Notes: generated by a model from the letters alone, not told the origin. 62,974 nt of DNA, filler included, from Octopus bimaculoides (GCF_001194135.2; 12 parts of 11 records of this genome joined end to end with filler, not necessarily neighbours in it), one strand, 5' to 3'; shown: positions 49,079 through 61,654, numbered from the whole stretch's first letter. Translations and numbers: made by a program.

Positions 49079-49777
49079 TACACCTTATATGCCATTAAAT
49101 ATGGTAATAACTTCCCAGTCTATCAAACATGAATAATCCAGACATGTTGACATAAAGAACTGGAAACAAACAACACTTGTATGAATGAGCCTTTTGTTTA
49201 CTAAGATCACACAACAACCACACATACATACAGGAATGTGCACACATACATACATCACAAAACTAATAACTGTAAGGTCAAAGATTATGGTCACAGAACA
49301 TAGATGTGCTTGGTCAGGATTGACCTGAGGTTAAACAACAACAACAATATGCACACATCACAAAACTATTTGTTGACCTTTTACGAAAGAGAGCAAGATA
49401 AATGTAAAGTCACAGACTGTATGGAACAAAAAAAAAGAAACAAAAAAAACTTAATTATCTCAGTTAAATTAACATGTCACTACAGTTAATGTGATGGGAA
49501 ACAAAGTGTTTGGATGAAGGTGGTGGTGGTATTGTTGGTTTACTGGCAGTAGTAGTGATGGTGATGGCTGCTGTAGTAGTAGTAGTAGTAGTAGTAGTAG
49601 TTTGTGAAATCCTACAAAATGTAAAGTTGCCTCAGGTCACTAATTGCCTCAGGTCATTACACTAATTGGATTTTGGTGCATTCTGGTCAGTTGTTCACCC
49701 TGTATGGATTTCCATCACGTAATGTAATTTGTACTTACTTCTGAAGGTATGTATATATACACACAAATATATATGTG

Positions 49778-49809
<32 letters not shown>

Positions 49810-49812
<3 letters not shown>

Positions 49813-49975
49813 TCATCATCATCATCATCGTTTAACGTCCGCTTTCCATGCTAGCATGGGTTGGACGATTTGACTGAGGACTGGTGAAACCGGATGGCAA
49901 CACCAGGCTCCAATCTAATTTGGCAGAGTTTCTACAGCTGGATGCCCTTCCTAACGCCAACCACTCCGAGAGTGT
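49810..49975 (-). mobile_element. RTE-type 3' end with (GAT)n tail
   Basis: (CAT)n-cgtttaacgtccgctttccatgc..ctggatgcccttcctaacgccaacc; second copy at 59227-59401. Confidence 0.75.
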
Positions 49976-50092
49976 NNNNNNNNNNNNNNNNNNNNNNNNN
50001 NNNNNNNNNNNNNNNNNNNTTAATTAATTAANNNNNNNNNNNNNNNNNNNNNNNNNNNNNNNNNNNNNNNNNNNNTGTGTGTGTGTGTGTGT

Positions 50093-50430
50093 TGAGACCC
50101 CCCTACGGTCATGACTGACCATGGAATTGCACCTAGAAAGTTACCCTCCGAGGCACAGGTCTGGGCAAGGTTGTTTATGGAAAACCAGCAGTCGCCCGTG
50201 CATACCGGTCTCCGCTCTCCACGCCACCAGTATTATCCAAGGGAAAGGCAAAGGCCGATACAGCTTGGCACCTCTGATGTCGCAACTCATTTATACAGCT
50301 GAGTGAACTGAAGCAACATGAAATAAAGTGTCTTGCTCAAGAACACAACACACAGCCCGGTCAGGGATTCGAATTCACAACCTTGCGATCGTAAGCTCGA
50401 TTCTCTAACCACTGAGCCATGCGCCTTCAC
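50093..50430 (-). mobile_element. Full-length family C SINE (tail type 2)
   Basis: Minus-strand head gtgaaggcgcatggctcagtggttagag (A box) and gtgaattcgaatccc (B box). Confidence 0.9.
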
Positions 50431-50486
<56 letters not shown>

Positions 50487-50994
50487 CATTTCTTTTATTA
50501 GCCACACANNNNNNNNNNAGATAGATAGATAGATAGATAGATAGATACATTTCTTTTATTAGCCACACAGGGCTCAACAAAGATGGGACAGATACAATGT
50601 AGAGCTTTTCTTTTTTGGAGGGGGAAGGGGAAAAAAACAATAGGGGTGTGTCGATCAAAAGGGATCGTAGGAAGGGAAAAAGGGGGGAGTTCGATCAAAA
50701 GGGATCGAGAAAAAAAAAGCGATCAATAGGGATCGTGTATCACACAGTAATGTTCTCGTGTAAAAAGAGGGGAGGACAGTATAGGTTTAGCCGTGGAAAG
50801 AAAAGCCTACGGAAAAGACCACGGTAGCCTTGGTCAATATTGTCATTACAGAAACTATAACAGTAAGTGACTCTCTTTTGCCTTTTTGTTTTTTGTCTGG
50901 ATTTTTTTTTTACTCTTTTATAGTGTTATGCTCAAGGTGGCTCCGTCATTCACACGTGCCATCCTTGCTACATTCACCCATCTTTTTTTGAAGC
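50431..50994 (-). mobile_element. L1/Tx1-like LINE 3' end with AATAAA and a (TATC)n tail
   Basis: Minus strand FKKRWVNVARMARVNDGATLSITL*, then a pyrimidine-rich 3' UTR, gctAATAAAagaaatg, and (TATC)n. Confidence 0.55.
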
Positions 50995-51262
50995 NNNNNN
51001 NNNNNNNNNNNNNNNNNNNNNNNNNNNNNNNNNNNNNNNNNNNNNNNNNNNNNNNNNNNNNNNNNNNNNNNNNNNNNNNNNNNNNNNNNNNNNNNNNNNN
51101 NNNNNNNNNNNNNNNNNNNNNNNNNNNNNNNNNNNNNNNNNNNNNNNNNNNNNNNNNNNNNNNNNNNNNNNNNNNNNNNNNNNNNNNNNNNNNNNNNNNN
51201 NNNNNNNNNNNNNNNNNNNNNNNNNNNNNNNNNNNNNNNNNNNNNNNNNNNNGGTCGGCCCC

Positions 51263-51299
<37 letters not shown>

Positions 51300-51301
51300 T
51301 G

Positions 51302-51376
<75 letters not shown>

Positions 51377-52109
51377 TCTTTCTCTTCAAGAGATTGACAA
51401 TTAATCAATTTACTAAATAATATGCAAAGATTATCAGAAATGTCAAAAATATCAAATGGTGCGTAATCCATTGAGTAGATTTATCTAATAACTCTTAAGG
51501 ATGTAAATATAATTTACAATCTAGAGCTGATTATCAGAGGAAAAAAGTGTATGTTATTTCATATATATAAAAAAAACTCTAAAATCCCATTCGATTTATG
51601 AAACACACAATCTCCATGCATGTATGCGTGCATATATATACATCATATAATGTACATACATGCGTATATATATATGATATATTCATGCATGCAGTCGAGA
51701 GGCTCAGCATTTAGGTTACTCCGTCAGATGCTAGATGAAATCAAATGATGCAGTTGATTATAAACTCGATTCTTGTTAACCCGTAGCAGGATTTATACAC
51801 CAGCAGTAATGTAGATCTATACTTAAAGCGAAAACAAAGCAGCGGTGGTTGACTCTCGATTCAAACATCCTTTTAATTTTGTATCATAATTTTCGACATC
51901 TACTGATTACCAAATATCAAATGACAAATATTTGACTATGCCTACATGCATAAGGCAGATTATTCAGGGGATTAGTAAAGGAGATTCACTGTAAGTATTC
52001 CTTGACTGGTGACTAGTGTTATACACGCAGAGAAGTTGTGCAACTATACTGCAACAATTCATCAGGAGGAAAGCTGTACACTTGTTAGTAAAAGTTCATG
52101 CGTAGTTAT

Positions 52110-52491
52110 CTTTTATTTTTTACTTGTTTCAGTCATTAGCCTGCGGTCATGCTGGAACACCACCTTGGAAAATTTTTTAGTCGAATGAACTGACCCCGGT
52201 ACTTATTCTGTCGGTCTCTTTTACCGGACTGATAGTTACGGGGACGTAAACACACACCAACACTGGTTGTCAAGCTGTGGTGAGGGACAAACACAGACAC
52301 AAAGACACACACACAGATATATATATGCACACACACACGACGGGCTTCTTTCAGTTTCCGTCTACCAAATCAACTCACTAGGTTTTGGTCGGTTCGAAGC
52401 TTTGGTAGAAGATACTTGCCCAAGGTGTCTTACAGTGGGACTGAATACAGAACCATGTGACTAGGAAGCAGGCTTCTTACCACACAGCCAC
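52110..52491 (-). mobile_element. Full-length SINE family A
   Basis: Reverse complement aligns end to end with 10468-10890. Confidence 0.9.
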
Positions 52492-52725
52492 AGAAAATTT
52501 CTAAGTGACAGCAATATTGATAAATTGATTACCCTATCCTGGAATAACGACCAACATATTTTCTCACACTGAAATATATGGGTTTTTCCCCTCCAACACA
52601 GGTGCAGGAAATAGCATCAAAATAAGTGATGCACAAAAAAGGTTAAGGGTGCAAGTAAACCTCCTACGTGAACCAATTGCTGCAAACTCTGTGAAATTAA
52701 TATTTAGGATATAACATCATAAATA

Positions 52726-53075
52726 GTGGAGGCGCAATGGCCCAGTGCTTAGGGCAGCGGACTCGCGGTCATAGGATCACGGTTTCGATTCCCAGACCGG
52801 GTGTTGTGAGTGTTTATTGAGCGAAAACACCTAAAGCTCCACGAGGCTCTGGCAGGGGATGGTGATGAACCCTGCTGTATTCTTTCACCACAACTTTCTC
52901 TCACTCTTACTTCCTGTTTGTGTTGTGCCTGTAAGTCAAAGGGTCAGCCTTGTCACACTGTGAATATCACCGAGAACTACATTAAGAGTACACGTTAATT
53001 TCACGAGCAGGCTGTTCCGTTGATCGGATCAACTGGAACCCTCGACCTCGTAAGCGACGGAATGCCAACAACATC
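52726..53075 (+). mobile_element. Full-length family C SINE (tail type 1) with a candidate 10-bp TSD
   Basis: Homologous to 13206-13512; aacatcataa at 52713-52722 and 53070-53079. Confidence 0.9.
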
Positions 53076-53184
53076 ATAAGTACCTGTCTAAGAATGCCAT
53101 CACAATATTACATGTTAAAGAGACATGATGTGACAGTTAGAATATTATATAACGAATTTCAATTAAAAAAAAGCTAGATTAAGA

Positions 53185-53505
53185 ATGATTAATGATTATC
53201 AACATAACACCGATATTCCCAAAACCCCCACTGACAGTATAAGATGTGAGGTATCTTCGAACAACCAAAATAGAGGTAGCAGCTATAATTATAACAACAA
53301 TGTAAACGTTAAACCTAACCACCCGGGTACTAACATAGATAATAATACTACAAACGGTTACCCCATAAATGTAGACATAAGACGACCTTACAAGTGTAAA
53401 ATCGGGTGCAATTGTGTAACACCTACAACATGCCCGTTACGCGGAAACTGCTTAGCTAAAAACATAATATACTCCTGCGAAATTATCACAGAAACTAACA
53501 CCCTC
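53185..53505 (+). mobile_element. Penelope-like GIY-YIG N-terminal fragment preceded by an Asn-rich spacer
   Basis: CNCVTPTTCPLRGNCLAKNIIYSCEII is homologous to CNCRNKSRCPLLGRCLTRSVVYKCTI near 23100; truncated by a linker gap. Confidence 0.8.
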
Positions 53506-53605
53506 NNNNNNNNNNNNNNNNNNNNNNNNNNNNNNNNNNNNNNNNNNNNTTAATTAATTAANNNNNNNNNNNNNNNNNNNNNNNNNNNNNNNNNNNNNNN
53601 NNNNN

Positions 53606-53667
<62 letters not shown>

Positions 53668-53809
53668 ATTTCTTAATCTTCTACGACGTACGAATGATTC
53701 CACAAATCGGCCATTAGCTGATTATGAATTCTTCCATTACAAATTCAAAAGTGTCTGTTAGTTTATGTAACCGAAATCTTAACGGAACTGTGGAGTTGTT
53801 ATTCATATA

Positions 53810-54430
53810 ATTACACACACATGCGCGAGCACGCGCGCACACACACATTTATCCATACACGCACAAATATGCACGTACAGACACATTTCTGCAAATCCAT
53901 GTGCACCTATATTCGAACACACATACACATGCACACTAACACACGCACATGCACATACACATTTATAAAAACGGGTGCATGGATGCACTCAAGCATCTTC
54001 ACACGAACAGACACAAATGCGAACATGCATTCACGCATAGGGACATTCGCAAGTACATATAAGCATGGCAAATACAAACATGTGCACATACATATGCACG
54101 CTCACATACACATGTACATGTACACACACAAACACATGCAGATTCATATGCACACACACATATACACTCAGGTGCACGGATGCACTCAAACGCATTCATA
54201 CGAAGAGACACAAGCTCTTGCATGCATTCACATACTGGCACTGTATGTGAAACATACACAAACATATGCAAACATGCACACGCATGGATACAAATAATTA
54301 CATTCATGCGAACAGGGGCACATGTAGACACACACACACACCTAGTGACATACAGACAGATACACACAGGTACACACGTGCTCGCATGCACACATGCACG
54401 CACACAAAAGCACATGCAAAGACGCATGAA
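53810..54430. repeat. Degenerate (CA/TA)-rich cryptic simple repeat
   Basis: Direct reading; source of the His/Thr- and Cys/Val-rich spurious ORFs. Confidence 0.85.
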
Positions 54431-54749
54431 TTGACATTCATTCAGAGGTTAGAAAGGCAGCAACAGATAAGACGAGCAATAAAGTCATTGACTCTCTTTT
54501 CTGTCATGAAATTTTTGATGAGAATTTTGAAATGCTAAAAATAGACGTTCGCTGCACTTATTGACGTTTTAAGTTTATTATATTTCTGCGGTGTGCATTA
54601 TGGATGCATCAGTGCCAGAGAAGAGACTGAGGTTCCTTCTCATTGTCTTCATTGAACTCTCTCTTTCTTTCTCCCGCCTTTCTCTCTCTTTCTCTCTCTC
54701 TCTCTTCGTATGCATACGCATATATGTACACACATATATATGTACACAC

Positions 54750-54801
<52 letters not shown>

Positions 54802-55147
54802 TCACAGATATATGTCTATACTTATATGATGTATATATGCATGCACCTGTTTATCTATATACCCATGTATCTATCTGTCTATCTATCTGTTTATCTGTCT
54901 GTCTGCCTATCCGTCATTCATTCATTTATTCATTCATTCTGTCTTTGTTTCTTTGTTTCTTTCTTTCGCTTTTTTCGTTCTTTCTCTTTCTATATATTTG
55001 TATATTATTTTTTGTGTGCGAGTCAGTTTGTGTCCTTAAGCGAGTCACCAAGTATTTTCTGATCACTCAATCGCATCGCACGAACAGGCAGGAGAGGATG
55101 TAGGGAGACTTTCAAGTTGGGTATATCGAGAATAGAAGCAATATAAA

Positions 55148-55191
<44 letters not shown>

Positions 55192-56151
55192 NNNNNNNNN
55201 NNNNNNNNNNNNNNNNNNNNNNNNNNNNNNNNNNNNNNNNNNNNNNNNNNNNNNNNNNNNNNNNNNNNNNNNNNNNNNNNNNNNNNNNNNNNNNNNNNNN
55301 NNNNNNNNNNNNNNNNNNNNNNNNNNNNNNNNNNNNNNNNNNNNNNNNNNNNNNNNNNNNNNNNNNNNNNNNNNNNNNNNNNNNNNNNNNNNNNNNNNNN
55401 NNNNNNNNNNNNNNNNNNNNNNNNNNNNNNNCACACACACACACACGCACGTACACACACACACACGCACACGTACACACACACACACACACACACACGT
55501 ACATACATGCATGCATACATACGTACATACATATATACATACATACATGCATACATACACACAAGAAATCTTGAAATGAAACCGAATAATGACATACAAA
55601 CATATATGCAAACACTTACACAGACATATATAGATGTATCGCTAATCTTTTGTCTTATAAAGAATTTTTCGATATAGTTGTACCGAAGTACTACAAATCT
55701 CTAGAAGCCAGCAGATATGCAGATAAGATTGAATACACCCCTAACCCCTCTGTCATCCAGAAAGAATGAAAGACGCCATACTATTATCAGTTAATCAACT
55801 GTAATAAGAAATATATTTGAAGTGAATTTCTAAGGATTGTTTAGAAAATGTTCCGTGGTATGAAATTTAAAAGTCACGAAGTATAAATATTATCGTATTT
55901 CTTTCTAGCAATTAGATAAGGAAAGAGAGAGACATAACCCATGACCCTTTAGTCTTCTTTTCACGACTCTGATATCGTTGGTTAAACAGGAGGAAACTAC
56001 CTACAAAACGGAGATCTAGTCTGCATGCTTGCAACAAAATGAATTCGTTTAAAAGTACTGAAATACCAAGTGAAGGTGTTAAAACATGACAACGGATTAA
56101 GTCTATGGTTTAAAAATAACTCTCGCACACTCTCAGTCCTCTGCCTGCCTG

Positions 56152-56218
<67 letters not shown>

Positions 56219-56540
56219 GTTGAACAGCAGCATAGTCAAGATGGTATGTTTTCTTCTCTTACTCTTGTTTTTTGCACACATCTACAAAATGACTTTCTAA
56301 AATGAAATTCCTTTATGCAGCTGAGGAGTACATTTTCATTGTACATTTTATGTAGAGTTCTCACTACATGAATAAATGAAGTTTGTACGAAACGTACGTA
56401 CTGCTATAACCTATTGGATTTTTGTTGCTTTTCTTCAAATNNNNNNNNNNNNNNNNNNNNNNNNNNNNNNNNNNNNNNNNNNNNTTAATTAATTAANNNN
56501 NNNNNNNNNNNNNNNNNNNNNNNNNNNNNNNNNNNNNNNN

Positions 56541-56854
56541 CAATAGCATGTCCACCTCCCGGAAGTTTCGGCCTGCACGCTTCCTCCGCGCGTGTTCTTC
56601 GCTGAATGTCCAAGGTGGCCGGTACGATCACTGTAAACAAAATTAGAATGCTCAGAGTGAGACCTTCCGGCATGCATACGAAAAGCATGGAATGATGGAA
56701 AATGGCCTCATCCGCGCGTCATTCGTAAGTCTCCGTTCACGACGAGCCAATGATCGAAGGGAGCGATCGAGGCCACTCGTATTGCGACGTTAGAGGCGAA
56801 ATTCTTGGATCGTCGCAAGACGCACTGCTGCGACGGCGTGTGGCAAGCACATTC
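56541..56854 (+). pseudogene. 18S rRNA-derived fragment (approximately V4 to V5 region)
   Basis: Recognisable conserved 18S tracts: actgtaaacaaaattagaatgctc, gcatggaatgatggaa, cgtattgcgacgttagaggcgaaattcttggatcgtcgcaagacg.ac..ctgcga..gc.t.tg.caag. Starts at a gap and ends abruptly. Confidence 0.85.
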
Positions 56855-57545
56855 AGAATTTTATGTACTGAGAAGAAACGAATTCATGTCAGCAAAAGAC
56901 GAGAAAAACGCTTGATCGATGCCAAATGATTGCCTAACAGGTTTTAAAATGCTCACGAACAATCCACGCTTTGGTTCTTGTCTGATGAGAAAATACTCCT
57001 TTGATCAAGACCAGAAGTCTAACAAGAGATGTGATAGTGTTTTGTATAGATTGTTTTGTTGTCCCTAGAGTGATGACCACTAAGTTTCTAGTAATTGTAA
57101 TGGCTTTAAGATTATTGAGTATCGAAGATCGTGTAATTCCCATTCACCGTCTTCAGCAGTGTTTTAAAATTAATGCCGCTAGATACGTTGTGTTGCTGGA
57201 GACAGCAGTTAAGTCTCGTGAGACGAAGGTTGCAATGGAACGCCAAACTTTCTTTGATAGAACTCAGCTCACGTAACCCAAGAATAAATGACAGCCATTA
57301 TTTTCAATCACATTACACCACACTTTTGATTTCTAAACATGCAAAATTTAAATCTAATGGAGCAATTCATATGGAACCTTCTAGAAAAAGAGATAAATCG
57401 ATATAATCACAGCGCCATAGTTTTACTAAACTTCAGAGGCTTCCAGGTGGTCTCCAGAAGGAACGGCATCATTTAGTGCAGGTATACCAACGATTTCGGT
57501 TCTCAATGGAAGCGGTCATCGAAGCTGAAAATGTAATCATAAAGT
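56855..57545 (+). pseudogene. Highly degraded DD37D/maT-like transposase (central and C-terminal part)
   Basis: YVLRRNEFMSAK..WFLSDEK..DQDQKSN..VPRVMTTKF..INAARYVVLLETAVK..EAVIEAE; many frameshifts and stops. Confidence 0.75.
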
Positions 57546-58175
57546 ATTCTTTTTTAGACAGCTTATCAAAATAATGTGCACAAATTTTTATTAAAGCAGG
57601 TTTGGTTTTTCATGATTAAAAGTGTTTTATTAACTTAACTTGTATAAACTCGAGAACTTCTCGCATCCTGTAATGAAATTATTGAAGAAAAGTAAATAAT
57701 ATGGTCAACTCGATTTAGTGACGTTATAAACTCTTATTTGTAGTTAGCAGTGGGAACATATATCTTCACGAAAACGTTAATTAAACATACTTTGTAAGGC
57801 TAGAACTTGTTTATTACTTACTGAAAGGACGAGTTAGATTCCAACGATACTACATTGCAACAAATACAGTTCCTTATTTCAGAGTGAAATTAAATTTTCA
57901 CTGCACATAATATTATGTCGAGCTTATTGCTTTAAGTAATTGCATTTGTAATGATCTAATACTATCTCGTACCTTTCCAGTTTATTTCATCGGCTTAATG
58001 GTCTCTATAGTAGAGTTTGACACAGAACATTACAACAGTCCACACGTTAATTCCCCTTATATAGTGTCGTACTTATTTTGTGCATGGTCATATTCTAGTA
58101 TAGTGGACTTTGCCTTTCATCCTTCCATCAGTTAGTTAAACTCAAGTCGCGTATATAGATAAACACACCACACAT

Positions 58176-58210
<35 letters not shown>

Positions 58211-58239
58211 CGTACTTACATACATATACATATAGACAT

Positions 58240-58308
<69 letters not shown>

Positions 58309-58408
58309 NNNNNNNNNNNNNNNNNNNNNNNNNNNNNNNNNNNNNNNNNNNNTTAATTAATTAANNNNNNNNNNNNNNNNNNNNNNNNNNNNNNNNNNNN
58401 NNNNNNNN

Positions 58409-58462
58409 GGTGCTCCAGCATGGCCACAGTCAAATGACTGAAACAAGTAAAAGAGTAAAAGA
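58409..58462 (+). mobile_element. SINE family A, 3' tail
   Basis: ggtgctccagcatggccacagtcaaatgactgaaacaagtaaaagagtaaaagaa. Confidence 0.85.
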
Positions 58463-58639
58463 ATAATAGACATGTGTGAGCATTTACACACCCACATTAA
58501 ACCATGTGGTGCCTCCACTCTTCAACAGAAAGGAATAAGAGAAAATAAACAGAGAGAGAATGAAAAAAAACTTGTAGATATATATATGTGTGTGTGTTTC
58601 CCCCACTACCTCCTCTTCCGGTCTTTTCATAATGTAACC

Positions 58640-58830
58640 TCGTGGGCATCGGTACCATTTTCCTCTTTCTCCGTTCTTCCATTCTCCGAACTTTCCATCT
58701 TTCCGACGAAGGGCTACGCCCGAAACGTCATACACTCTCTCTTTTCTTTCCTGAGCGTCCAATAATACTATCCATATCACGTCCTCACTTTGTTGTTTTT
58801 TTGTTTTTTTGTTATTGTTTTTTTGAACTA
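58640..58830 (+). mobile_element. Short Penelope-pLTR-like repeat copy 5, with hammerhead-like motif
   Basis: CCGACGA-A-GGGC-TAC-GCCC-GAAAC-GTC at 58703-58729, followed by cctgagcgtccaataatac. Confidence 0.6.
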
Positions 58831-58846
58831 TATATATATATACATA

Positions 58847-59037
58847 TGAGAAGGGATGACCACTAAGTGGACATCCATTATGCCAGAGATAGACCATCTA
58901 CAGTCAAACCACAAAAGAAAAGAATGTTCTGGTGTGTGCTGAATTTCCCTAGAGAATATGCTTTTCTTTTGTGGCTTGACCATTAGATGGTCTATTTCTA
59001 GCATAATAGATGTCCACTTAGTGGTCATCCCTTCTCA
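58847..59037. mobile_element. Palindromic MITE with TA target duplication
   Basis: TA-tgagaagggatgaccactaagtggacatc...gatgtccacttagtggtcatcccttctca-TA; arms about 85 bp, short central loop. Confidence 0.85.
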
Positions 59038-59226
59038 TATGCATGTAATATAATTTTTCTGAATTTTCAGAATTTTCTTTATGNNNNNNNNNNCATATGC
59101 ATGTAATATAATTTTTCTGAATTTTCAGAATTTTCTTTATGCTAGGCCACTGGTTTTAAATTGGTGTTAATTAAATTAATATCCAATTTATCAGCCTTAT
59201 TATTTAAATTTATATATATATGTATA

Positions 59227-59401
59227 TCATCATCATCATCATCATCATTATCATCGTTTAACGTCCGCTTTCCATGCTAGCATGGTTTGAATGCTTTGAC
59301 TGAGGACTGGTGAAACCAGATGGCTGCACCAGGCTCCAATCTGATTTGGCAGAGTTTCTACAGCTGGATGCCCTTCCTAACACCAACCACTCTGAGAGTG
59401 T
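59227..59401 (-). mobile_element. RTE-type 3' end with (GAT)n tail, copy 2
   Basis: Aligns with 49810-49975. Confidence 0.75.
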
Positions 59402-59678
59402 ATGTATATATATGTATATATGATGGATTCTCTTGTCATGAACAACAAATGATTCAGTAAAATAAAGCATTAATCATGTTCTATGAACACAAATTGGTGC
59501 CTTGCAAATCTTTTGGCAAATGGAACAAATTGAGGATTCAGTTTGCTTGAGTGCTTGTGGACCATTTGCTATGTGTTTTCTTGAGCAGATAGCAAGATTT
59601 GCTTTGCTTTATACCACAAAATCACAATGATAGATAAGGCTCCCATTTAGAGGAGCAGCGTTTTGCCAGTGTGCCTTC

Positions 59679-59807
59679 ATATAAAAGATATCCCATCACC
59701 GGAGATGATATGAGGGAGTTAAATAGAGGGAAAAAGTAGAGTTCTTATATTGAACTCTACTATTTCCATCTATTTAGCTCTCTCCAATGATGGGATATCT
59801 TTTATAT
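59679..59807. repeat. Imperfect palindrome with a 20-bp perfect outer stem
   Basis: atataaaagatatcccatca / tgatgggatatcttttatat; inner gtagagttc-ttatatt-gaactctac. Confidence 0.8.
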
Positions 59808-59914
59808 CCCTGAAACAGCTGTAAGACTACCTTTCTCTTTATAAATGTCCTAGAAATTTCTCGCTACCTTGGCTTTGTTGTCTCATTTTATTTAACACAT
59901 GCACACACACACAC

Positions 59915-59969
<55 letters not shown>

Positions 59970-60057
59970 GCCCAACTAATTAGGGAGCGAATCAATTTAG
60001 ATGAGATGCAGTTTGGGTTCGTGCCAGGTAAAAGCACTACTGATGCCTTATTTCTAG
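59970..60057 (+). mobile_element. RTE-clade LINE reverse-transcriptase fragment
   Basis: AQLIRERINLDEMQFGFVPGKSTTDALFL (QFGF.PG.ST.DA motif); 5'-truncated at (TA)n and cut by a linker gap. Confidence 0.85.
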
Positions 60058-60410
60058 NNNNNNNNNNNNNNNNNNNNNNNNNNNNNNNNNNNNNNNNNNN
60101 NTTAATTAATTAANNNNNNNNNNNNNNNNNNNNNNNNNNNNNNNNNNNNNNNNNNNNGTATGATAGAGAATACTGAAACATGTGCAATGTATAATAAATT
60201 TTTAGTTATCATTTTGAAATGATGTGATCATTTACAATCTCCATGCCAAATAAATAACACCCAAATTTATCTACATTATATTCTGAATTACACTGTGTTC
60301 TTTATAAATATATAAGTTAATTAATTATTTAATTTGCCACATTGCTAACAATGGTGTTGTATACACATCAGAAAGTGTATTAATGTTTTATCCTGAGGAG
60401 CAGTTGTTGC

Positions 60411-60461
<51 letters not shown>

Positions 60462-61108
60462 NNNNNNNNNNNNNNNNNNNNNNNNNNNNNNNNNNNNNNN
60501 NNNNNNNNNNNNNNNNNNNNNNNNNNNNNNNNNNNNNNNNNNNNNNNNNNNNNNNNNNNNNNNNNNNNNNNNNNNNNNNNNNNNNNNNNNNNNNNNNNNN
60601 NNNNNNNNNNNNNNNNNNNNNNNNNNNNNNNNNNNNNNNNNNNNNNNNNNNNNNNNNNNNNNNNNNNNNNNNNNNNNNNNNNNNNNNNNNNNNNNNNNNN
60701 NNNNNNNNNNNNNNNNNNNNNNNNNNNNNNNNNNNNNNNNNNNNNNNNNNNNNNNNNNNNNNNNNNNNNNNNNNNNNNNNNNNNNNNNNNNNNNNNNNNN
60801 NNNNNNNNNNNNNNNNNNNNNNNNNNNNNNNNNNNNNNNNNNNNNNNNNNNNNNNNNNNNNNNNNNNNNNNNNNNNNNNNNNNNNNNNNNNNNNNNNNNN
60901 NNNNNNNNNNNNNNNNNNNNNNNNNNNNNNNNNNNNNNNNNNNNNNNNNNNNNNNNNNNNNNNNNNNNNNNNNNNNNNNNNNNNNNNNNNNNNNNNNNNN
61001 NNNNNNNNNNNNNNNNNNNNNNNNNNNNNNNNNNNNNNNNNNNNNNNNNNNNNNNNNNNNNNNNNNNNNNNNNNNNNNNNNNNNNNNNNNNNNNNNNNNN
61101 NNNNNNNN

Positions 61109-61177
61109 TTTCTCGACTAAAGGCGGTGCTCCAGCATGGCTGCAGTCAAATGACTGAAACAAGTAAAAGAGTAAAGG
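61109..61177 (+). mobile_element. SINE family A, 3' tail
   Basis: tctcgactaaaggcggtgctccagcatggctgcagtcaaatgactgaaacaagtaaaaga. Confidence 0.85.
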
Positions 61178-61208
<31 letters not shown>

Positions 61209-61654
61209 AGTTCAGCAAAAATTTAGATTCAGATGAATATGGTACTTAAGTTGAGGCACCAGAATTTAGTACGGTATTATCCATGCAATTTCAAAATAAG
61301 GTGATTAAAATCAAAATAAGCAACAAAGATATCCAGAGATAATGCAGTATGATCGTTTCACGCAACTCCATTTAATTGAACAATGCAACCATTACATCAA
61401 TTTAAATGCAGAGCAATCCTCAGCTGCCCAACAACATAGAATTAAATTAAAACAAATGGACTCATTTGTATAATTTTATCTAAAATCTCCAAGAAGTTAA
61501 GGAAGTAGACAAAGAACATGCTGCCTTATACCTGATAAAATATGTTTTGTTTCCCTCTAAGGCCCAAAAGCCTCTGCTCTACTTTACCTTTTACCTTTTA
61601 CTTGTTTCAGACAGTGGCCATGCTGGGACATTGCCTTGAAGGGTTTATAGTCCA

